Below are positions 52,603 to 63,324 of a stretch of DNA of 64,000 nt, in pieces; within the stretch, counting starts at the first letter, position 1, and every line of letters begins with the position of its first letter. The notes below the pieces were generated by a model. The model saw only the letters and a list, made by a program, of their open reading frames with translations, did not search any database and had not been told where the DNA came from. The DNA lies in assembly GCA_002269645.1 (NCBI GenBank), contig NIVC01002719.1, positions 1 to 64,000 of the forward strand, read 5' to 3'. The stretch comes from Macrostomum lignano. Taxonomy: Eukaryota. Both the position numbers and the translations under genes were made by a program.

Positions 52603-53093
52603 TGTCACGCACCCCATCCCGCTATGGGATTTCTTTAATCCCCACCCCGTGTAAGTTGTCCCTCCGTTTGCCTTCTTGCGTATCCCGTTTAATTTTATGC
52701 TTTTCATTACTTTGCCGCCGCTGGACCAGACGCGTTAGTGTAAATCTCCTTATTCTGGTCCAGCAGCGAATTTTGCTCACTTTTGCTTATATAGGTGTGT
52801 GTTTATGTTCTGGGTTTTGTGCGTTTTTTTGTTTGTGGTTTTTTTGTTTTCCCTTGTTTCCTCTTTCCCTCTTCCCTCTCTCGCTCTCTCGTTTTGTTTG
52901 CTTAGTTCACCTTTGTCTTGCCTATCTTTAGTTTGGTTAAGTTTGTCAATTTTCACTTGTCTAGTTAAATAGTCGTCGCACCGCGGCACGCCGAATTCAT
53001 CGTCGTCAATAAGTAATTTATCAATTTATCCTGCTCAAGCTAATAAATAATAATAATATCCCGCCAATTTATTAATATTTTTATTCGTTGACA
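52603..53093 (+). mobile_element. Possible solo LTR
   Basis: TGTCA...TGACA termini, TATA-like cttatatagg at ~52786, AATAAA ~45 bp before the end; no TSD. Confidence 0.3.
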
Positions 53094-54496
53094 TTAAGCC
53101 ATAGCCTATCTTGAGTCTTTTGCCCGTGGGGCGTTAAATAACCAAGTTTTCTCAGCTCAAAGAAAGCCCAGAGACTTATTCGTTCCGTAATACGTAAATT
53201 ACGGTGGTGGCAGCTCTACCCTACTGAAAGTAACAAGCTCAGCAAATCGACACATAATTTACGGTGTCTGCATCTCCGGTGTTTTCATCGCTTTGAACGA
53301 CCGCGCCGTTACACGACCGCTCCGCTACGATTACGACTACCCTCCCCCGGACTTGAGAACCCGGCTGTCAGAGTAAAAGGAGAAGGATCACGTTGTGATT
53401 CGTCTGCGCGAATTTTCCGGCTTTACTCGTGCGAACTCAACGTCGGCGGCAATTCAAACGAGGAATCCGCCCCACCTCACTGGTGTCAGCAAATTTCAAA
53501 GTAAACCCAAGCGAAGGAAAATTCTTTCTCCATCCCCACCTCACTTATATAGGTTTTACATATTTTAAGTTTTACATTCAACCTCCCAATACTAAAAATG
53601 GTTTGTCGGTAGGTATCTATGCCTATTACTATTACATTAAGTATAAAGCAAAGTCTTACATGAGCTTTGGCATTACGCAAATATCATTTTTTCTTTCAAC
53701 TATATTATATATCCATCCAACATGTTACATATTAAGCTTTAGACTTTAACATTTATAAAAAAGTTATGCTTTGCATAGGCCTTTATTTACTTTCTTAGGC
53801 TAAGAGGGCTATTACTCTCCTGTACTTTATAGCTAGCTATATAAATTTATTTGTCAAATCTCAAAGCTCAAAATATTGCCACTAATAACAATTTGAATAA
53901 AATTATTTAATTATTTAATGTTCTTTTTAGCAAACCTAGTACTAAAATCTAAATAAATATGAATTGATTACCTTTTTATAAAACTATTCTTTCATTATTG
54001 CTTTCTTTCTAGACTTGAATGGCATATCACACCTATTTCAATAGGTTATTTGATAATAATATACATAATGAAATATAATGAAAGCCATGCATACAATTTT
54101 ATTAAACTTACTTTACCCTTTTCCTATATTTCCAAAAGTCTACCTTTTCTACGCTTAGGCCTATCATTGAATACTATAAGACAAAACTACTGTTAGATTA
54201 TAATTTTCATATTTTCAATAATATTAATACATAATCTAGTTAATAAGGTCCACAATTTATTTAGCCTTAGCTTTAGCTATTTTATTTGAATAAATTAATC
54301 TTTTGACATCCATATACTAAAAATTCTTAACTATCCTTCTTATATTGTTTAAACATTTCACATAACACGAGTTGTATTATGCGTGACCATCAGGTTGAAA
54401 GAGATGAACTTGTGAGTGATCCAAGAGTGAGGACACGGGAAGCACCTACCACGCCCCATTTTTCTTAGCCTTCTTTTCACGTAAACTGCTACTATT

Positions 54497-55130
54497 AGTA
54501 CTAAACATGAAAACACAATATTTTTGTGCTTTTATGTTTTTATATGTTTATAGGTCCATTCGAGTATGCCTTGTTTACCAGTATCAATAGCTTCTTTACT
54601 TTAAACTATCTATAAAGTACTAAACATGAAAACACAATATTTTCATGCTTTCATGTTTCCATGTGTTTACTATACTGTGCAGGTCCATTCTTACCTTAGC
54701 TGTTTGATTAGAATAAAACTAGCCCTAGACACCTTAAGTATGCCTTGTTTACCAGTATCAATACCTTCTTTACTTTAAACTATCTATATATAGTACTAAA
54801 CATGAAAACACAATATTTTCATGCTTTCATGTTTCCATGTGTTTACTATAATGTGCAGGTCCATTCTTACCTTAGCTGCTTGATTAGAATAAAACTAGCC
54901 CTAGACACCTTAAGTATGCCTTGTTTACCAGTATCAATACCTTCTTTACTTTAAACTATCTATAGATAGTACTAAATATGAAAACACAATATTTTCATGC
55001 TTTCATGTTTCCATATGTTTACTATAATGTGCAGGTCCATTCTGCAAACAGCTCTCCTTTAGCTGTTTAATTAGAATAAAACTAGCCCTAGACACCTTAA
55101 GTATGCCTTCTTTACCAGTATCAATAGTAT
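54497..55130. repeat. 176-bp tandem repeat (about 3 units plus a 119-bp partial unit)
   Basis: agtactaaa(c/t)atgaaaacac starts at 54497, 54616, 54792 and 54968. Confidence 0.9.
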
Positions 55131-55191
55131 CAATGTTTTTTTGTACTGAGTGAGTATCGTGCAGTAAAATTTGCTCTAAAATTGATTTCAG

Positions 55192-56407
55192 GCTTTCGTC
55201 AAAGATCCGTTCGTCATTTTCGAAGCTCAGGGGCCCTTGCCGCGCGATTGCCCTGATGTCGATCTAGTTGTTGGTTTAAATGTCAACGTTAGCAACGTAC
55301 GCGAAGCAGCTCGTTATCTGAGTGTTAATGTTTTAGAATCCAATATCCAATCTGCCAACAGTTCCTGGGAGTGACATCAAATATCTAAGTTGTGGAGGCC
55401 TTTCTTTGGCGTTAGTAGATGGCGTAGCTGTTTTTTTTGAAAAAAAGACATCGTCCGACGCGAGACAAGATTATTCGAACCGTCTTCGTGCTGTTGAGGC
55501 TGGCAGAGACTGGCTTGAAGGTCACCATTGGAAGCGCGTAGATGTAATTGAGCGTAACGATGATGGTATGGCTAACGGACTAATCATCAAGGCGTTAAAG
55601 AATTTAACGCGAGCAGAGTCGTTTGCTTCTCCTGCATTGGCAGGCCTCATTCGAGCTTCAATCGCCTGCACTAAGCAGATTCAAGCAGAGTGCGTTAAAG
55701 CAACGAAATTTAGTATAAATTCTGGTAATGTTTCCGAAATTGAGTTCGGCAAAAGCACGTACGACTGCGAGATCAATGAAAATGTTGAGTCTGCAGGTGA
55801 CGAAACCGCTTCTCTAGAGTTTCAAGATCATGATGACATTCAAGAGGCTTCGGAAGCTGCCGTAAGCGAGACTTCGGAAGCTGCGGTAAGAGAGGCTTCG
55901 GAAGCTGCCGTAAGAGAAGCTTCGGAAGCTGCCGTAAGAGAAGCTTCGGAAGCTGCCGTAAGAGAAGCTTCGGAAGCTGCCGTAAGAGAAGCTTCGGAAG
56001 CTGCCGTAAGAGAAGCTTCGGAAGCTGCCGTAAGAGAAGCTTCGGAAGCTGCCGTAAGAGAAGCTTCGGAAGCTGCCGTAAGAGAAGCTTCGGAAGCTGC
56101 CGTAAGAGAAGCTTCGGCAGCTGCCGTAAGAGAAGCTTCGGAAGCTGCTCGTCTTCCGTCTACGAAAATAAGAAACAGAGCATGCAAAACTAAATGGCAG
56201 AAAAGCAGCATCGTCGTCAGCAAATCAATGGCTAACACTGGATCGGGATCGAAGTCGAAGGCCACCGGCAGATCAGGATCGAAGTCGAAGGCCACCGGCA
56301 GATCAGGATCGAAGTCGAAGGCCACCGGCAGATCAGGATCGAAGTCGAAGGCCACCGGCGGATCAGGATCGAAGTCGAAGGCCACCGGCAGATCGGCATC
56401 AAAGTGA
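55192..56407 (+). pseudogene. Orphan gene with acidic (EASEAAVR)n and basic (SGSKSKATGR)n repeats; 5' part has one stop and one homopolymer frameshift
   Basis: After acceptor tttcag, the frame AFVKDPF...SSWE*HQISKLWRPFFGVSRWRSCFF shifts at a T8 run into ORF 55406-56407. Coding repeats of 24 bp (x~13) and 30 bp (x5). Confidence 0.5.
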
Positions 56408-56769
56408 AAGGCAGGTCGCAAGCACATAACTGTTGTAATGAAGCTAGCAATAATTGTTTTCAGTAATGTGCAACATTCGCAGTGTCAGTAATTGATTTTG
56501 ACAACAATAGGGCGCTATCATTTTTATATGCTATTGGTATGCTGAGTCCCTGTTTTTATTGCCTTTAAACTCAATTAAGGCAGTAAAATTCGTACGTGTA
56601 ATTTATGTTCTTTTTCTTAATCTCTCGTGTTATATGCAAACGTAGTTTTCAATTATTCAGCCTTCGTTATCGATGTATTTGTTATTACAAGTTAAGAAAA
56701 TATAGTCCTTGACGACAAAAGATTGCAATCAGTTGATGAAGATAAAATTACGTTAAACAGCAAATAAAA

Positions 56770-56965
56770 CCACAGAACTTACACAGAACTAACTTTAAGC
56801 CTTCGCCTCATAGGCACTCGCGAAAACCCCGATGTTTTGGCCATAGACTAACATATGGCTACTCATTCCTCTTCATCAACAAAGTAGTGTGAGCGCGTAT
56901 CTATTTCTACTCAGTTATATTCTAAAAAGAGAACGCTGATTGAGCATTTTGTGTAAGTTCTGTGG
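56770..56965. mobile_element. 196-bp MITE with 16-bp TIR and 6-bp flanking direct repeat
   Basis: ccacagaacttacaca / tgtgtaagttctgtgg; ataaaa on both sides. Confidence 0.55.
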
Positions 56966-57300
56966 ATAAAACATAAGAGGACTGGGCATGTCAGTAATAA
57001 ACGGTGAAAAACGACAATGTCGCAACTGAGTGGTCTCCAACAAAATGAATTTATTCTTGAATTAATGAAATTCAAGACAGTTTGTAACATAATTAATCGT
57101 GATGACTTTTTTTCGACATACTTATTTTTGTATCTAATGCTTGCGTAAAATTATCGGTTGAATAAAGACAAAAATGGAACGACTTCAGTGGATTTTATAG
57201 AGAAGTGTTGTACGAGCGTACTTATAAATTGCTGCAAGTAAATGCTGCAAGCTGATACTCGAAACAGACTAGTCAGATCATGATAATTACCATTCGTCAA

Positions 57301-58637
57301 TCAGTCTGTCTGCCTTTCGAGCCGGCAAGTGGGGCAGTGCCACACCCTTGACGGTGCTAGCTTTGCGATTCCAACGCAGAACTGGTGATGCCAGGCTTTA
57401 CAGGAATCACAGGCAATCTGTGATGAAGATAAAGGGGCATGGGGAAGGTAATTTTGACACGTGTACTGCTGCTGTGTGCAAATGTTTCTTACCCATTCAT
57501 CCGGCTTCCTGTGCCGCCGAGTCGAAAAAAACTTCCTCCTCGCCACAGGTGAAGCACAGGCCACTTGAGCCGATGGCGGCCTTCACCAAGGTATTCCAGA
57601 TGCGCAGTCTCTGGTAAGGGAGGTTGTGAACGACTTCTGGCAGGACGGTGTGCTTCGTATAAATGACGCTCTCCGCAAAGAGGCACACCAGGATGCCACA
57701 GCTGTAGCTGTCCTCCTGAACGAAGTGCCCTGGCATGCGTGCAGGCTTGTCCAGGGTCGGCCAGCCAGTAAGATGTTGCAGTTGGCTGCGTGCAGATTAG
57801 GTGGGTGTTTAGGGGTAAGTAGCAATGTGGGTGTTTCGCAAACTTTTGGACCTTCATGTCGAAATGGAGCAAGTTTACTGTTTCAACAGAACTTTAGCTT
57901 ACTTGACAGCGATAACGAATTTCTTAGTCAGCTCGTCGCTCTGCCTGACCTTCGGGTCAATGACAACGAGACTGCGCAGTCGTAAGTCTATGACGAGCAG
58001 GCAAAAGTGATGGCTAAGTAGCAGAGGGCCGACAAGAATGCGGGAGCCTGCCTTCCTATTAGCATTCACAAGCTTCGTCTGAAGTTCGTCTTGCAGGATG
58101 GCGTCCCCTAGTGTGTCCACCTCGTAGTTGTACAGATGCGTAATGCCACACTTAGCCTGACATGCCAGTACAGCTATGTAGGCGTTGGGGATCTGCAGCA
58201 GTGAACGAGGGGAATGCATGATGAGATTTTAATTTTAATCATCAACGAGTGATTCAGTTTCGACACGTACACTTGCTGAAATCCAGCGTGTGCCATGCAA
58301 GCTGTCACGCTCATAGGTCCAGATAGCGTAGTCCGATCTGTCAGTTCTGACGGTGAACAGCTTTCGCTCCGTATCCACCGATGCAGAACTTTGACGCCGT
58401 TTAGCTGGTCGGTTGGTTAGGTAAGTCAAAAACGTCTCCTCGTAACTTTGGCTGACTCGCTTACGGCTCGGCTGGCTAGCTGGCTGGCTGGTCGGCTGGC
58501 TGGCTGACTGGTCGGCTGGCTTGATTGCTGACTGGCTGGTCGGCTGTTCGGCAGGTCGGTTGGTTGGCTGGCTGGCTGACTGGTCGGCTGGCTTGCTTGC
58601 TGACTGGCTGGTCGGCTGGCAAGTCGTCGCGTCAAGT
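57301..58637 (-). pseudogene. Spliced Ulp1/SENP-like (C48) cysteine protease plus C-terminal PHD finger; 5' end missing
   Basis: Exons ~58637-58271, 58192-57903, 57785-57493 and 57417-57301 give WISAS|IPNAY...HHFCLLVID...VQEDSYSCG...CFTC...W|IACDSCKAWHHQFC...WHCPTC. The only internal lesion is one extra T in a T7 run at ~57525-57531. Confidence 0.8.
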
Positions 58638-61600
58638 CAAGGTCAAGTCGTCGCGCTGGCAGAATTTGCCCCAGAGCCTGCAGGGAAAAATAAATTTTTG
58701 TATATCGGGCTACTGTAAGTAGAAAAACACAGTCTCCCCGGGAAAAATATGTTTTTGTATATTGCGAATATCTGGCTACTAGCACAGTCTCCCCAACTTA
58801 CGAGTGTAGAAAAATCTTGGCAACAAAGCGCAGGCCAGGATTCTCTTCCACCTTGTCAAGCCGGACGCCTTCGCGCTCGAAAAAGCTGGCCATGTAGGCA
58901 GCCTTGGCGTCCTCAGTCATTCCCGGCGAACCGCTAGACTCGGCTTTGAGCTTTAAAAAAGTGTTTACATAGTCTGCAAACAAGCCCGTGCGAGTCTTGG
59001 TCCAATAGGCCAGGGCATGAACTGACTGCAGCTTGTAACCCAACTGCAGGGCTTTGTGGAGCTCTGGGGTCGACCACGTGCCGCGGAGCATTCTCTCAGC
59101 GTCAGAGTGTGTACACTCGCTGCTGCACTGTGTCTCCATGCAGACGCGGCAGAGGCCGAAAACCAGCTTCTTGCTAATCTTGGCGGGCAGTAGCGGAATG
59201 TGGAGATTGGTTGGCGCAGAATCGATACCTCGGCGATACCAAAATACCGGGCCAGCTGCTGCTCATCCAGTAGATGAGGCTCGGGGTGGTGAACCGGGTG
59301 CCCGACAGGGTACTTGTCAAACTTGTTGACAGTCGGGTAGAGCGACACCTAGGGGATAAGTAGGCTAAACTCAAACGCATGTCAACTGTGTGTGTGTGTG
59401 TGTGTACATGAGAAATTTTGAAAAGTGTACAAACTTACCACATCCCGATAGCGCAGCTTCAGTCTCAGTGGCCTCGGCGTGCGGGACAAAAGCCTCGGTG
59501 CGGCCGCCAAACAGGGCTTCCTCCAGGCGAATAGGCTACTGAACTGGTGCTCCCTCGCCCTGATAGTCGTGCTCCCACAAAACACGTACATCAGCGTACA
59601 TCAGTGAAGCGCTCAGTCTCTTCATAAATCGCCCGCATTGGCTGGTTCTTGAGCGGGTGCAGCACGTCACCGTTGGGGAAGCACTTTGGGCAACCATGGA
59701 AGAAACAGCCGTGAAACTGGAGCACTGTCCTAGTCTCCGAGTCAAAGCCATCCACCTTACGGCCCATGGCGAAAGCCTCGCCGCCAGAATCGGCTGTCCT
59801 CAACCGGCCGCCAAACTCGGTTGCATTCAAATGCGCAAGCCAGCACCGCGCCTTGTGCGACTGCACAACTGATCGGCGGGAAATCACCCCAAGAGTGTTG
59901 GGCTCCATAAACTTGGTGGTGAATACAGCCATAGCCAAGCCCGCAATGGCGTTGGATTGGACAAATGCGTCCAGTCCGCAAATGTCCTTAATCAGGCAGG
60001 CGTATTTAAGACAGCCTTCCCGCAAAATTAGAGTGTCCTGCAGGCAATAGTCCAGGTACTCCTCGTTGAAATTAAACACTCGACCCTCCTGCTTGGCCAG
60101 CCAGTCGGCGATGGAGTCGTGCTGCTTGTTCTTTTTCCCTCCGTACATATCAATCGAGCAGTAGGGCCCCACGTAACCCCAGTTTTGCGGCTGATTGAAC
60201 ACGTGCGGGAAATCTCCTTTGGTCAGTTGGGTGCCCAAACCAAGCGCCTTTGGGAATTGCGCCAGACCAATAGGGATAAAGTTGAGGCTGTCCTTGAACG
60301 TGATCTTGTCGCACTTCATGTACATTAGGCGGCTGTTCTGGAAGATCACTTGTGGCTTCTTCTTGGCCAGTCCGTTGAGTAGGGCGCCGAGCAGGAGGAA
60401 TGCGTCATACGCAGAGCCGTTGTGCGCAATAGCAATTGCCCTTTGCTTGAAGACACTAGTCAGCCAGCAGTAAAAGGCATCGATAGAGTGAGGCCCGACT
60501 GATACAAACTCTCGCATCCCACAGGCACAGTCATTGTGCGAGACACAGCTCGTAAAAACCAGCGCCAGATTGCGTCCCGCAATGCAATTGGCTGAGCTGT
60601 GTAGCCCCCCGCACGCGCCGCAGCGGGGCCTAGGGAAGAGTTTGGGACACGCCTCGCAGGAGGTGGCAGCCGTAACCAAGTGTACCCGGTGCTGCTTGCC
60701 AGAGTCTACGTACGTCTCGAAATCGTAGTAAACGTACGGCGCGCTAGACTCTTTAGCTTTGGGCGGGGTGACAAAGCACTCGTGGGTGGCCGTTTCGTCG
60801 TACTGCTTACAGACTGGACACTTGGCGTACCCGCACTGATGCTCGGGGGCCTGGCCTACTTTCAGTTCTTCTAGATAGCCACACGTGCCGCAAACGTGGA
60901 CTGAATCACAGCGCGATCTACCCGCCTTATTCTTGCGCTTGTGATTCTCTAGGCACTGAGCATTATAACAATTTAGCCCGCAATCATGGCATCTTACATA
61001 TGCGCGGTTAGCCTTGCAGTTGGAGCCCGGAGTCTTGCAGGTGCTACAAGCGTTAGCGCACTTGTGCTTCTCATAATTGCAGTCGTAGGCCATCTCGCAC
61101 TTGGCGCAGTAGCGGCGGGCCCCGAAAAACGCAGGCAGCTTGGTGACCACATTGAAGTGCTGCTCTACGAGGTGGAGGTGCAGAATCTCGGTGCGGCAGC
61201 TCATAGATGCACCTGTTGGCCTCCTCTGCCCGGTACACTCGTACACCAAAATCGTGGCTGGATGCAGACGGTTCAAGGCACGGATCGCCTCGGGCAGTAC
61301 ATCCACCCCGAAAGGGCCACCCTGCTGAAACTTGTCTAGCCCTCCCCAACGATTATCTGTTACAGCCCCTACCAATTTCTTATCAGCAACGTACCCTTCC
61401 GCCACCAGACCCCTGCAGCTGTCGCAGCAGCCCCAGTCTTTGTTGTTTACTCTGCTGCACCCCTCCAATTCCCTGCAGCTGTTAACCCTAGCAACTCTCT
61501 GTCTGTTTTTGCAGCAATTTCTTATCAGTACCCTGCTGCCGCACACCCCCCGCCTGTCTGGACACGCACAACACCCTACCCGAGGCAAAATCTTATCAGT

Positions 61601-62125
61601 CTTTGTTTACTCTGCTGCACCTCTCCCACAGACCCTGCAGCTGTTGCTGCTAACCCTGCTGAAACGTGTCTAGCCCTCCTCAACCACACCCCAGTAGTTT
61701 TTTGCTACAGACCCTGCCAATTTCTTATCTGCACCCCGACCGCGCTACCCTAGCAACTCCGGTCTAGACCCCTGCAGCTGTCGCAGCAGTCTCAGTCTTT
61801 GTTGTTTACTCTGCTGCCCCACAGACCCTACCGCAGCAACTCCCTCTTTTTTTGCAGCAATTTCTTATCTGCACCCCAGCTGCGGCCTGTCTGGGCAGCA
61901 CCCTCTCTGCACCAATTTCTAATCAGTCTGTCCCCGCACATCCTGCTGGAACTTGTCTAAACCCCTGCAGCTGTCGCAGCAGCTCACCCCTGCCAATTCT
62001 TATCAGTACCCTACCCTAGCAACTCTAGTCTAGACTAGACGGCCAGAAATTAATTAAAACTTACCATAAAGACGCTGCCTCTTATCAGCCAGGAAAGCAG
62101 TTGCTGCGGCGCTGCGTTTAGCCAT
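58638..62125 (-). pseudogene. polB: Maverick/Polinton (adintovirus-type) protein-primed family B DNA polymerase, intron-containing and 3'-truncated
   Basis: ExoI YYDFET, ExoII AHNGSAYD, KDSLNF, ExoIII YCLQDTLIL, Vsr-like insert VDGF...FHGCFFHGC, FGGRT, motif A YRDV|VSLYP and motif B KIFLHS|LWGKF. GT-AG introns at 59349-59438 and 58678-58801. Putative first exon 62065-62125 (MAKRSAAA..., GTAAG donor). Motif C is absent. Confidence 0.9.
61320..62040. repeat. Shuffled degenerate repeat modules between polB exon 1 and the polB body
   Basis: ctgctgaaac(t/g)tgtcta-type modules at ~61323, 61658 and 61944; recurring tttcttatc and ccctgcagctgtcgcagcag modules. Confidence 0.75.
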
Positions 62126-62169
62126 TTTGCAAACAGAGAGCGTGAGAGAGCGAGCGGAGAGAGAAGGAT

Positions 62170-62345
62170 TATCTCTCTACCCTGGCTCTGGGGGTCTGTA
62201 TATATACCAAAAAATCTGCTTAGCTCGCCTGCTATTGGTCAAATCGCCAAAAACCAACCAAAATCATCAAAAATTACCCCCAAAATCACCACCCACCCCA
62301 CCCTCCATCCGGGGGTATATAAGGCGCTGCACGGCTGTCAGAGAG
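62170..62345. promoter_or_regulatory. Compact bidirectional promoter between polB (minus) and the PC4-like gene (plus)
   Basis: TATATATA at 62199-62206 and TATATAA at 62316-62322, each followed outward by an ATG (62125 and 62363). Confidence 0.55.
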
Positions 62346-62362
62346 CTCTCTGCTGCTAAATC

Positions 62363-62806
62363 ATGTCTTCTATCTCTCTATACGAAAACGTTGTGGCGCG
62401 GAAGCCCACATTTGAAACTGAACACAACTTGATTGAAATTCGGCGGCTCTACACAGACGAGGCTGGAGTGTGGAAGGACGGCTTCCCTGCAATCTACTTG
62501 AGCGAGCGAGAGTGGAAGAAGCTCGAAGCTGCGCGCCCTGACCTGGAGGCTGCTGCCCGCCTTCACGTGGACAAGAGGGTCGTGTTGGGCAGTTTCAAGG
62601 CTATCGAAGCTTCACAGGGTAGGATTCGTTTGCGGCGCAATTGGCTCAATCGGGATCCAAAGTTTAATTGGCGCTAAACGATCGAATTCACGCCTGAACT
62701 GTGGCGCCGGATGTTTGCCTCCCGTTTGGACAAGCTCTTCAAGCCGGCACCCGAAGCCCCACCGCCTGCGAAGCGAGCCAAGACAGAGGACAATCTGCAG
62801 GACTGA
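62363..62806 (+). CDS. Tandem PC4/Sub1-like ssDNA-binding protein with one in-frame TAA at 62675-62677
   Basis: IEIRRLYTDEAGVWKDGFPAIYLSEREWKKL fits the PC4 fold pattern; the frame continues past the stop as *TIEFTPELWRRM...PPPAKRAK, completing a second PC4-like repeat and an NLS-like tail. Confidence 0.65.
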
Positions 62807-63324
62807 CTTGACAGCATCAAACCCTACCCTTGGGGAAATCTGTTTGAAGAGGGTTGCTAATTGAGGCGTGCCGCATCCGTACAACGCGAACCCGATTTTG
62901 GTAAGCTTAATTTCATATAAATTGCATATAAATTAGATATAATCTGTCTATATTGAACACTAAAATATTGTTCACTGTTAGGCTTTGGCGGGGCTTCGCA
63001 CTGTTTATTATTTGATTGCTTATTTCACTGGTGCTTGTACTTTTGTTCAGTCTGAGTGTACGTATCAAATTATTATTGTCATCGTGCTCTGATGTGCAGT
63101 GCGGTGAGTTTTAGTCCTGGGTTGGGGGGTTGTCGCGGGTTCGTGCTTTATCGTTGATAATAAATAGTTTCGCACGGAGCGTGGGCTCAGAGCTATCGTT
63201 TTCTCGTCTCATAGCAATTGCTCGCCTTAGCTTGTCATTTCCAACATTTACTTTGACAGATGTTTCGAGAGCGCTGATGAGGAGGAGACTGCCCTGGCTG
63301 AAGATCGCGCTCGAGTTTGACTGA

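Noticed and set aside
53200-53490. PBS-like tggtggcagc (53204) and tggtgtcag (53481)
   Set aside because: Not directly adjacent to a supported LTR end and no gag follows.
55840-56427. 195-aa antisense ORF
   Set aside because: Shadow of the 24-bp and 30-bp coding repeats.
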